DNA of 64,000 nt from contig JAEVEY010000140.1 in the NCBI GenBank assembly GCA_016842045.1, positions 23,242-87,241 on the forward strand, given 5' to 3'. Numbering within the stretch: the first letter of the stretch is position 1; each line of letters begins with the position of its first letter. Shown here piece by piece: positions 1 to 8,288 of this stretch. This DNA is from Candidatus Thermoflexus sinensis (GTDB taxonomy: Bacteria > Chloroflexota > Anaerolineae > Thermoflexales > Thermoflexaceae). The position numbers and the translations under genes were made by a program. The notes beneath the pieces are model-generated. The model ran no database searches. It was not told where the DNA came from and saw only the letters and a list, made by a program, of their open reading frames with translations.

Positions 1-1
1 T

Positions 2-268
2 CCCGGAGCGCGGGTGACGGTGCTGGCCCCCTATTTCTTCTTCGGCCTGGGCTTCTTCGAAGTCCCAGCCGCCGTGCTGTTAGTGATGTGGTTCCTGCTC
101 CAGTTCATTAACGGCATGGCCGCGATCACCACCGCCAGCCCCTCCGTGGGCGGCATCGGCTGGTGGGCCCACATCGGCGGATTTGTGGCCGGCTGGCTGC
201 TGGTCCGCCTCTTCGCCCGTCGCCCCCGGCCTCGCCCGGTCTGGCCCTCCGATTGGTATGAGTGGTGA
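2..268 (+). CDS. Rhomboid-family intramembrane serine protease, C-terminal part (gene starts before the window)
   Basis: Frame is open from base 2 (PGARVTVL...). Hydrophobic helices and GWWAHIGGFVAG match the rhomboid catalytic-His helix (AHxGG). Confidence 0.85.
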   Translation, partial: PGARVTVLAPYFFFGLGFFEVPAAVLLVMWFLLQFINGMAAITTASPSVGGIGWWAHIGGFVAGWLLVRLFARRPRPRPVWPSDWYEW

Positions 269-409
269 ACACCGGGCAAAATTGAGTTAAAATCATAAAA
301 AATTCAGAAAATATAATTTTGCTGCCATCCCTAAGAGACATCTAAGAGACATGGCGGCTCCAGAAGATCGACGCCTTTTGAGAATCCCTGGTTGAGGCGA
401 AGGGAACCG

Positions 410-1108
410 ATGATGAATGGGAAACCACTGATCCTGCTCATCGATGATGATACGTTATTACGGGATTTGTTGACGCGAGCACTGATCCAGAATGGCTATG
501 AGGTGCTCGCCGCAGGCACAGGAAGTGAGGGGCTTTCCCTGTTCGACCTCCACCATCCGGATGTGGTGATCCTGGATGTGCTGCTTCCCGACATCGAGGG
601 CTGGGAAGTCTGTCGGCGCATCCGGCGGGTCTCCACCGTACCCATCCTCTTCCTGACCGCTTTGGAGGAGATCCCGGATCGGGTGCGCGGGCTGGTCCTG
701 GGTGGGGATGATTACATCGTCAAGCCCTTCGCGGTGGAGGAGCTGCTGGCACGGGTGGAAGCGATCCTGCGGCGGGTGCGCCAGGCCACCCCTGCGGCAT
801 CCCCCGTCCTGGAGATAGGGAACGGAGCGCTGCTCATCGACCGGGAGCGACGTCAGGTGCGGTTTCAGGGCCAGCCCCTGGACCTCTCCCCCATTGAATA
901 TGCGATCCTGGTCGCCCTGGCCGAGCGGGCTGGACGTGTGGTTTCCATCCCTGAGTTGCTCACCCTGGTCTGGGGGGGACCTCAGGAAGGATCCCTCCAG
1001 GCTCTCCGCTGGTATATCTGGAATCTCCGCCAGAAGATGGAAGCCAACCCCAAGCGTCCGCGCTGGATCCAGACGGTGCGCCGGCAAGGCTACCGCCTGA
1101 ATCCTTAG
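410..1108 (+). CDS. OmpR/PhoB-family two-component response regulator
   Basis: Receiver domain (LLIDDD, VILDVLLP, GGDDYIVKPF) plus winged-helix output (LSPIEY..L..L, YIWNLRQKME, IQTVRRQGY). ATG 410 chosen over TTG 392. Confidence 0.93.
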   Translation: MMNGKPLILLIDDDTLLRDLLTRALIQNGYEVLAAGTGSEGLSLFDLHHPDVVILDVLLPDIEGWEVCRRIRRVSTVPILFLTALEEIPDRVRGLVLGGDDYIVKPFAVEELLARVEAILRRVRQATPAASPVLEIGNGALLIDRERRQVRFQGQPLDLSPIEYAILVALAERAGRVVSIPELLTLVWGGPQEGSLQALRWYIWNLRQKMEANPKRPRWIQTVRRQGYRLNP

Positions 1109-1171
1109 TTTGATTTTCAGGTGGGTCGGGCGCTGCAACGCCCGACCCACCTGAAAACCTGAGGGCGAAGG

Positions 1172-2446
1172 TCAACGGCGTGAGTCCGGATCTGCTTGCT
1201 CCCCTAACAGGGGAAGCAGGATGGGATGGACATCGCACCAGGGCTCCCCATCGTTGTATTCCAGAAGGCTCAGGCTGGCCAGGAACTCCCGCGTGCGTTC
1301 GTTGTTGACAAAGGCCCGCGTGCGATGATAGCGCAATAGCTCCCCATAGTCCTCCGGCCGCAGGGTTCCCCGATAGTCGTTCTGCAACTGGACCACCGCG
1401 CTTTGCATCTGGGGGAGACCGATCCGATCCTGGCCAGCCGCAAGCCCGTGCAGGATCGCCGACTGGATCAGCTGGATCAGGGTCAGAGGGATCCCGCCGC
1501 TCATCCGGACGGCCAGGTCGATCGCCTCGGGGTCGATGAGATAGGGCTCCACCCGGCGCTCCACGATCTCTCGCATCACCCGGTATCCTTCAGGCCGCAG
1601 CTGTCCCTGGCGATCGTAAACCATCACGTTGGGGACGATAAAGCGTTCGCTGAAATGGCTGCGGATTTGCAGGAACTCGCGGGCATAGCGCAGGGCGATG
1701 GGGAAAGTGAACAGGATATGGGCACGCAGTTCCGCCAGCAGGGCCGCATGGTTCAGAAAGAGCCCCATGGCCCGTTCGAAGGAGAGCTTGTCCAGATCCT
1801 CCACCATCACCAGGACTGGCCGTCGGGCGTTCGAACGGATCTCCTCAATCAGCCGGTTGGTGCGGGAGACCAGTTCGAAGAGCCGAAGCTCCGCCCGCTC
1901 CCGGACCATACGCCGGGTGCTGCTCTCGGTCTTGACCCGCCCCTCCAGCTTAAGGGCCAGGAGGTTCAGCGCCGCCTCGGCCGAGGCCTCCCGGGATGGG
2001 CTGACCATCTCCTCCTCCACGATCTCGTGAGTGAGCCACCGGTACAGGTCCTCCAACATCCCAACGCCCACCAGCCCCCGCTTGCGGCCTTTGAGGATGC
2101 GTTCATCCGTGGCCTGCTGGAGCAGACGCAGGGCGATGGCAAGGATGAGATCCACATAAGTGAGGTCGGTGAGATTCAGGATCTCCAGCACCGAGAAGTG
2201 GACGATGAAGAACCGGCCTTTCAGGAGGCCCGCCAGGCGGTTGAGCTCGGTGCTCTTGCCGCTCCCCCGATGGCCGGAGAAGAGCACCTTCACCGGCTCG
2301 TCCATGGCCTCCAGATAGGCCTTCAACTCGTGGGTTGGCACATCCGGCCGCTCGACATAGTAGGCGGCCAGCGCCTTCCCCGATAAGGGGACCCGGGGAT
2401 CGAACAGGTTCAGTGCCTCCTTTAGCGTGCGCGCGCGGATGGCCAT
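1172..2446 (-). CDS. P-loop NTPase / AAA-type ATPase of unknown function
   Basis: Walker A GHRGSGKS, Walker B VMVEDLDK, C-terminal LLEY...WCDVHP. 424 aa ORF. Confidence 0.8.
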   Translation of the reverse strand: MAIRARTLKEALNLFDPRVPLSGKALAAYYVERPDVPTHELKAYLEAMDEPVKVLFSGHRGSGKSTELNRLAGLLKGRFFIVHFSVLEILNLTDLTYVDLILAIALRLLQQATDERILKGRKRGLVGVGMLEDLYRWLTHEIVEEEMVSPSREASAEAALNLLALKLEGRVKTESSTRRMVRERAELRLFELVSRTNRLIEEIRSNARRPVLVMVEDLDKLSFERAMGLFLNHAALLAELRAHILFTFPIALRYAREFLQIRSHFSERFIVPNVMVYDRQGQLRPEGYRVMREIVERRVEPYLIDPEAIDLAVRMSGGIPLTLIQLIQSAILHGLAAGQDRIGLPQMQSAVVQLQNDYRGTLRPEDYGELLRYHRTRAFVNNERTREFLASLSLLEYNDGEPWCDVHPILLPLLGEQADPDSRR

Positions 2447-2607
2447 CGGTCCTCCGTCCTTTTCGGGATGCGGAGCGCTTCCCCGAGCAAGCGGGGAGGA
2501 TCCCCCTTCCTCCCTCCTGCCCCGAGGGGTTCAAAGAACATCCACGGGGGCTGAGCTGAAGGCCCTCAGCCCTGCTTTCCCAAACTGAAGGGAGGGAGGC
2601 GGTGAAT

Positions 2608-3135
2608 TCACCGGGCGAGGAAGATCTCTGTGCCGCAATAGGGGCAGCGGATCACCCCTTTCCCGGCCAGCTCCAGCGCCCCACCGCAATTCGGGCATTT
2701 GCCGGCATCCCGCAAAGCTGCCGCCTCAGCGGAATACAGCCATCCTTCCGCCCAGTTGATATATCCAGAGAAGAGCCCCAGATGCACCAGATCGTAAATC
2801 CACGCCCGCACCTGGTCCCGGCTCGCCCGGAGCTCCAGGGCCACATCCGACAGGGCCACTTTCCCCCGAGCCTGGATCAAGCCCAGCAGCTGACGCTGTT
2901 TCTCCGCGGCCTCTGCTTCCTGGGCCTCCACGCTGCCCCGTCGCCACAGATAAATCCCGGCCCCCATCAGGGGCGAGAAGACCATAAAGATCAGGAAAGC
3001 CCCTATGGCGAACCCACCGGGGGTCAACGCCCCCCGGGCTCCCTGGACCGCGAGGAACCCCAGGAAGGCCATCATCAGGAACACCCCCACCCCGATGAGG
3101 ATCCAGCCCAGGGTCTGCATCGTGCGTGGATGCAT
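2608..3135 (-). CDS. Membrane protein: 2 TM helices, PCI-like winged helix, C-terminal zinc ribbon
   Basis: Two hydrophobic N-terminal segments, then RGKVALSDVALEL...GLFSGYINW, then CPNCG-x-CPYCG. GGAGG-like RBS upstream. Confidence 0.75.
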   Translation of the reverse strand: MHPRTMQTLGWILIGVGVFLMMAFLGFLAVQGARGALTPGGFAIGAFLIFMVFSPLMGAGIYLWRRGSVEAQEAEAAEKQRQLLGLIQARGKVALSDVALELRASRDQVRAWIYDLVHLGLFSGYINWAEGWLYSAEAAALRDAGKCPNCGGALELAGKGVIRCPYCGTEIFLAR

Positions 3136-3274
3136 GAAGCCTCCCGCTGCTTTGCCTATTTTTAACTCTGGGGTTTTCGGGGGCTGGGGGCTGAAAGCCC
3201 CTGGCTCAGCTCCCGAAAGATTTTTTCTCCCCCCTCCCCGCGACCCCAGGGGCCGCGGGGAGGGGGGAGAAAAC

Positions 3275-3293
3275 CCTCAGTTTGCAACGGAGC
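3275..3293 (+). repeat. Partial copy of the TTGCAACAGAGC-type end (family D), next to a hairpin module at about 3221-3272
   Basis: CCTCAGTTTGCAACGGAGC resembles the copies at 43545, 45794 and 52531. Confidence 0.5.
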
Positions 3294-3304
3294 GTTTTTA
3301 TTTA

Positions 3305-3489
3305 TAGGAGTTACGCAGTTGGTTTTCTCCTGGGGGTTTGGGGGGAGTCGCGCGCCGAAGGCGCGCGACTCCCCCCAAAAAATATATTTATCCCCCCTCC
3401 CCACGGCTCTTTGGGCCGTGGGGAGGGGGGATAAAGGAGGGTGGGGCCATTCTACCTCTTCTCGCGAGCCCCGAACTGCGTAACTCCTT
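3305..3489. mobile_element. MITE, TAGG-TIR family, long subtype B
   Basis: TIRs TAGGAGTTACGCAGTT / AACTGCGTAACTCCT(T). 6 bp direct repeat TATTTA on both flanks. Two internal GC hairpins. Confidence 0.85.
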
Positions 3490-3492
3490 TAT

Positions 3493-5322
3493 TTATCCAA
3501 ACCCGCTTCGCCCGCCTCCACCTCCTCCACCGCCGAAGCTGCTCCCCCCGCTCCAGCGCCCGCTCCCTCCCCGATCCGATGGGGGACGGCTGACCAGGGT
3601 GTCCGCCGCGGTGTTTAGCATCGCGGTCAGGCTATCCGCAAACGCGTTCAGGCTCCCCGTCAACGAAGTGGCCATATCGTCCAGGGAAGGTACTCCCGGA
3701 CCTTCCCCGGAGGGAGTGGGCACGGCGTGCCCCGGAACCCGTCCCGGAGCGGAATCTGGGACAGGACGGACCCAGGGACGATACCAGGGCGGTGGCGGGA
3801 GGTCCGGCGCGATTTCCTGCCATTGCCGCAGGAACCGACGTTCCATCCCGAAGGCAACGGCGTAGGGAAGATACTGCTCCAATCGGGCACGGGCTTCCTC
3901 CGGCGCTAACTGTTGCATGCGGCGCAGCCCTCGAGCGAAGGCCCGCCAGCGGGCCGCCAGCTCCGCCCCCTTCCGTGTCTTCCGGGGCATATGGGGAGCG
4001 ATCAGAAACCAGGCCAGCGCTGTCCCTCCCAGACCGACCACGACCGCCCACAACCCCCACAGCCCCTGCCCGCCCCAGTTCCCCGCGCCGATGCCGGTCA
4101 GCACCGCCAGACCGCCGGTCAGGAAAGCCAGAAGCCGATAACCACCCCGCACCCGATCCGGACGACCGACGAACCAGCCCGCCTGGGCAACGGCACGATA
4201 GAGGGCAGCCTCGATCTCGGGCAGGCGCTGGAAAAAGCGATAGCGGAGCTCCCTTAAGCGCCGGGCGGAAGCCCCATCCAGAAGCGCTCGCAGCAGGACG
4301 GCCTCGAACGGCCGCAGATCCGCTTCCTGACCGGTCCGCCGCAGGACGAAATCGTGGGTGAAGCCTTCGCGGACCTCCTCTATCGTGAGCACTCCCCGCC
4401 GGGCCAGGTCAACCACCGTCGCCAGGATATCCCGGAGATCCGCCTGCTCGTCCAGCAGCACCCCGACCATCGCCGGCGGATCGGCCGAAGGGGGCTCCGC
4501 CAGCTCGTCCGGGACTATCCCCACATAGGGGTCTCGCCCTCGCCAGGCCCAGACCATCAGGGCCAGGACAGGTCCACCCACCAGCATCAGGAGCCCCAGG
4601 GCCAGCAGGCCCAGGTTATACAGCGGAAGGCGATCTTCCCAGACCTGCCAGGCCGGAGGTTCCGGGGGGAGGATCCCGTGGGGGAATTGCACCCGGATCT
4701 CGAAGGATTCGTCGGGCTGAAGCGGACGTCGGGCCTGGAAGCGAACCGTCTGCCCGTTCTCCAGAACCATGCCATCCGCAGGGCCGTAAGCGGCGATCCG
4801 CTGGGCGATCGCCCCCGGAGGCAGGAACACGGTGACTGTGCTGCTACGGATCTCGTAGGCATGCTCCGCGGGCAGCGGGTTCCACCAGAGCTGATCTCCC
4901 TCCGGATACCGTCGAACCGCGCCCCGAACCCGGTAGCGAAGATGGAAGGTCCGAACGGTGCTGGTGGTCGGAGGAAAGAACCAGCGCACGATGATCGTGT
5001 CCCCGCTTTCCTCCACTTCGTAAGTGAACGGCTGGCCGGAGGCCTCGCGACGATAGACCCCCTGATCATCCCGGAGATCCAGGATGACGATCCCCTCGGT
5101 TCGTCGAAGCGGGATTTCCCGAAATCCACGGCGGAACGTTCCGATGAAGCGGATGGCCTGATGCTCCGTGATCTCCAGCGTGCCATCGGCCAGCACCTGG
5201 ATCTCCACATCCAGGCGCTCCGCGATGGGGGTGGGGGACTGGGCGTGGAGGATAGGGGCCAGCGCCACCCAGCCGATGAAGACAAGCCCGATCCCGATGC
5301 CCCAGAGAAGCCTCTTCCTCAT
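3493..5322 (-). CDS. DUF2207-type membrane protein with Gly-rich C-terminus
   Basis: Signal peptide, DGTLEITE..I.F motif, WWNPL, TM helices, YLPYAVAFG, terminal GGSSFGGGGGGGGRSGFG. Confidence 0.85.
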   Translation of the reverse strand: MRKRLLWGIGIGLVFIGWVALAPILHAQSPTPIAERLDVEIQVLADGTLEITEHQAIRFIGTFRRGFREIPLRRTEGIVILDLRDDQGVYRREASGQPFTYEVEESGDTIIVRWFFPPTTSTVRTFHLRYRVRGAVRRYPEGDQLWWNPLPAEHAYEIRSSTVTVFLPPGAIAQRIAAYGPADGMVLENGQTVRFQARRPLQPDESFEIRVQFPHGILPPEPPAWQVWEDRLPLYNLGLLALGLLMLVGGPVLALMVWAWRGRDPYVGIVPDELAEPPSADPPAMVGVLLDEQADLRDILATVVDLARRGVLTIEEVREGFTHDFVLRRTGQEADLRPFEAVLLRALLDGASARRLRELRYRFFQRLPEIEAALYRAVAQAGWFVGRPDRVRGGYRLLAFLTGGLAVLTGIGAGNWGGQGLWGLWAVVVGLGGTALAWFLIAPHMPRKTRKGAELAARWRAFARGLRRMQQLAPEEARARLEQYLPYAVAFGMERRFLRQWQEIAPDLPPPPWYRPWVRPVPDSAPGRVPGHAVPTPSGEGPGVPSLDDMATSLTGSLNAFADSLTAMLNTAADTLVSRPPSDRGGSGRWSGGSSFGGGGGGGGRSGFG

Positions 5323-5482
5323 TGCTTTCCCTCGTAAGGGGTTTGAAGCGGGGTCGCCTCCGGCACCCCGTCCCCGGATTTGAGCTCTACCTGTACAGTT
5401 GCGATCCTGAGGGTCGCGGGGAAGAAGACAAAAATCGCCAGACGATCGAACAGCCCATTCCCGCTTGATTTTAACAGGGAAA

Positions 5483-5623
5483 TAGGAATTACGCCGTTGA
5501 AAGCTCTAAAGGTGGGACGGAATGGCCCCACCCCCTTTCTCCCCCCTCCCCGCGGCCCTTTGGGCCGCGGGGAGGGGGGAGAAAAATCCTTGCCCCCATG
5601 GGAAACGAACTGCGTAAGTCCTA
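5483..5623. mobile_element. MITE, TAGG-TIR family, short subtype A (reverse orientation)
   Basis: TAGGAATTACGCCGTT ... AACTGCGTAAGTCCTA, 141 bp, near-identical to the reverse complement of the copy at 23115. Confidence 0.85.
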
Positions 5624-5814
5624 AAGGAAAGTTGGGGCGCGGGGGCCAGCGCAGCGTTTTGGGGGCGCGTCTCCCGATGCGCCGATAAAGGGCAGGATTG
5701 GCGATGGAGCGGGTCCAGGCTGCCACCAGGGAGCTCCTCATCGCATCTAAAATAAGGAGACCGGAAGTGTTCGAGGCCACCTGCTACTCGAAGTCCACTC
5801 GGGAGGAAACCTGG

Positions 5815-6360
5815 ATGCCGAAATCATGGGCGCTGGGGATCGCGCTGATCGCGCTGGTCGGTGGCGCCTGGCTGATCGGGAGCCGGGTTCGCGAGGCCGG
5901 GCTTGCCGTTCGAGAGGCTCCTCAACCCGGTTATCGGGCGCCCGGCTTTTCACTGCGCACCCTCGATGGAGAATCCCTCTCGCTCTCTGATCTGCAGGGC
6001 CGGACCGTGGTGTTGAATTTCTGGGCCACCTGGTGCCCGCCATGCCGGGCGGAGATGCCCGCCTTTCAGCGGCTCTACGCCCGCTATGCGGATCGAGGGC
6101 TGACCGTGATCGGGGTGAACGCCACGCTGGGGGATGACCTGGCGGCGGTATTTGCCTTCCGCCAGCAATATCATCTGACATTTCCGATCCTGCTGGATGA
6201 AACCGGCCAGGTGAACCGGCGCTATCGGGTGACGGCCCTTCCCACAACGTTCTTCATCGACTCCCGTGGGATCATCCGGGATGTGGTGGTCGGCGGCCCG
6301 CTGAGCGAGGCGGCCATCGAAGCCCGCCTATCCGAGATCCTTCCAGCAGGGAACCGCTGA
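5815..6360 (+). CDS. TlpA/ResA-family membrane-anchored thiol-disulfide oxidoreductase
   Basis: N-terminal TM, VVLNFWATWCPPCRAEMP, ALPTTFFID. GGAGG RBS before ATG 5815. Confidence 0.9.
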   Translation: MPKSWALGIALIALVGGAWLIGSRVREAGLAVREAPQPGYRAPGFSLRTLDGESLSLSDLQGRTVVLNFWATWCPPCRAEMPAFQRLYARYADRGLTVIGVNATLGDDLAAVFAFRQQYHLTFPILLDETGQVNRRYRVTALPTTFFIDSRGIIRDVVVGGPLSEAAIEARLSEILPAGNR

Positions 6361-7088
6361 TGTTACCCGCGCTCTCCCTGGGTCCGTTCACCCTACCCAC
6401 CCGGCCCGTCCTCCTGCTGCTGGGCCTGTGGCTGGGGGTGAGCCTCGTGGAACGGGAGGGGCGGCGGCGGGGAATCGGTGGGGTCCTGGCGATAGACGCT
6501 TTGTGGGGCCTGACTGCGGGCTACATCGCGGGCCGGATGGGGGCTTTGCTCCTCTACGGTCTTTCCTCGCCATGGGATCTGCTCAGCCTCATCCGCCCGG
6601 TCGATCCCACGCTGGCTCCTATCCCGGCCCTTCTGGTGGCCGCAGGCGTGATCGCCTGGCGCTGGCATCGGCATCGGATCCCCTGGGGCGTCGGACTGGA
6701 TGCAATGGCGCCCCTGCTTTTGGGGATCGCCCTCGCATGGGCCTTGGGGGATTGGGCGGAGGGCCGCCGGTATGGGGAACCCACCTCCATCCCATTCCTG
6801 GCGATGTTAGGCGGAGGAGAACGCCATCCGGTCCAGCTTTATGAAGCCGGTCTGGTGGTTCTGGGGTTCGCGGTCTGGTACCGGATTCGAAAACACCTGC
6901 AGGTTCCTGGAAGCTCATTCGTGTTGGCTCTGGTCCTTTACAGCGCGACGCGGCTGACCACGGAGGGATTTCGGGCGGAGAGCCCCACGTGGATGGGATT
7001 CCGGGTTCCTCAGCTCCTGGCGTTCGCCGGGCTCATGCTCGGACTGTGGGGGCTTGCCTGGATGGAGGGGCGATCCCGCGATCCGTAG
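6360..7088 (+). CDS. Prolipoprotein diacylglyceryl transferase (Lgt)-family membrane protein, divergent paralog
   Basis: Polytopic. AGRMG, YGEPT..P, RHPVQLYE and RLTTEGFR match Lgt signatures. TGATG coupling to the upstream gene. Confidence 0.7.
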   Translation: MLPALSLGPFTLPTRPVLLLLGLWLGVSLVEREGRRRGIGGVLAIDALWGLTAGYIAGRMGALLLYGLSSPWDLLSLIRPVDPTLAPIPALLVAAGVIAWRWHRHRIPWGVGLDAMAPLLLGIALAWALGDWAEGRRYGEPTSIPFLAMLGGGERHPVQLYEAGLVVLGFAVWYRIRKHLQVPGSSFVLALVLYSATRLTTEGFRAESPTWMGFRVPQLLAFAGLMLGLWGLAWMEGRSRDP

Positions 7089-7108
7089 GACAACTGCTTG
7101 CAGTTGTC

Positions 7109-8137
7109 CTACGGATAGATAAGTACCTTTAGGGCTTCATAGGCCCGCATGGCCTGATAGCCCCGGGAGGTTTCCTCCAGGGGCAGGCGATGGGTGATCA
7201 GGCGCTCCACCGGCAGGCCTTCCGCGAGAAGGCGTAAGGCTTCCTGCATATCCGGTGGTCCCGCCGAGTAGCTGGGGATCACCCGGATCTCGCGGAAATA
7301 CAGGGTGTAAACGTCGACCGGCCAGCGGGCCTCCGGTGGCGTTGGGGTGAACAGCAGGAGCGTCCCTCCGGAGGCCACCAGGGACCATCCCAGTTCGATG
7401 GCCTCCACAGATCCCGGGCCCACCACCACGAGATCGGCGCCCAGGCCCTCGCTCTCCGCGTGGATTCGCTCCACGGCCTCGAAGGCCGGCACGGGGATCA
7501 GGCCCATCTCCGATCCGACCTCAAGGCGCGCCGGGATCCGATCGATCCCCCACACCCGCTCGGCCCCCCAGCGCAGCGCCACCAGCCCGTGGAGCAATCC
7601 CATCACCCCCAGCCCGATCACCGCCACCCGATCCCCCTCCCGCAACCCCGCCCGCCGCAGCGCCTTCACCACCGTGGCCAGGGGCTCCGTGAACGCCGCG
7701 GCCTCATCATTCACGTGAGGGGGGATGAGCAGGAGATCCCGCTCCACCACCGGTGGGGGAACGATCGCATACGTGCTCAACCCGCCGGGGATCAGGCGGG
7801 TGGCCCGCCAGGTCGGGCAATGGACGTAATCGCCTCGCTGACAAAACCGACAGGAGCCGCATGGCGCGTGATGATGGATCACCACCCGCTCCCCACCCCG
7901 GAAGGAGGTCACCCCGGGACCAACCTCCACCACCTCCCCCACCAGCTCATGGCCGGGGGTGAAGGGAGCCTTTTTCGCCATATACCAGTCCATCAGCTCC
8001 CCCGGGCACAGGCCGCACACCCGGATCCGCACCAGTACCTCCCCGCGCTGGAGCGGACGGAGGGCCACTTCCTCCACCTGCAGGTCGTCCCGGCTCCGAT
8101 AGAGGAGCGCCCTCGTTCGTTCCACCACCGATACCAC
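7109..8137 (-). CDS. Zinc-dependent medium-chain alcohol/polyol dehydrogenase
   Basis: CGLC, GHELVGEV, structural-zinc CGSCRFCQRG...C, Rossmann VIGLGVMG. Confidence 0.9.
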   Translation of the reverse strand: MVSVVERTRALLYRSRDDLQVEEVALRPLQRGEVLVRIRVCGLCPGELMDWYMAKKAPFTPGHELVGEVVEVGPGVTSFRGGERVVIHHHAPCGSCRFCQRGDYVHCPTWRATRLIPGGLSTYAIVPPPVVERDLLLIPPHVNDEAAAFTEPLATVVKALRRAGLREGDRVAVIGLGVMGLLHGLVALRWGAERVWGIDRIPARLEVGSEMGLIPVPAFEAVERIHAESEGLGADLVVVGPGSVEAIELGWSLVASGGTLLLFTPTPPEARWPVDVYTLYFREIRVIPSYSAGPPDMQEALRLLAEGLPVERLITHRLPLEETSRGYQAMRAYEALKVLIYP

Positions 8138-8221
8138 CTCCTGGCCCTGGCAAGTGGATCAGAACATTAGGGGGGATCACCCGGAGAAATCCCAGCGGCC
8201 TGGCCTTCTATGAAGCTCAAA

Positions 8222-8266
8222 GCCGGGAGGGGCAGCCGCAGATTCGTCGCGGCTGCCCCTCCCGGC
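8222..8266 (-). terminator. Strong GC hairpin downstream of the PTS IIC gene (possible terminator or mRNA stabiliser)
   Basis: GCCGGGAGGGGCAGCCGC / GCGGCTGCCCCTCCCGGC 18 bp perfect stem. No clear U tract. Confidence 0.5.
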
Positions 8267-8288
8267 ATCTTACACCCTTACGCCTTCT

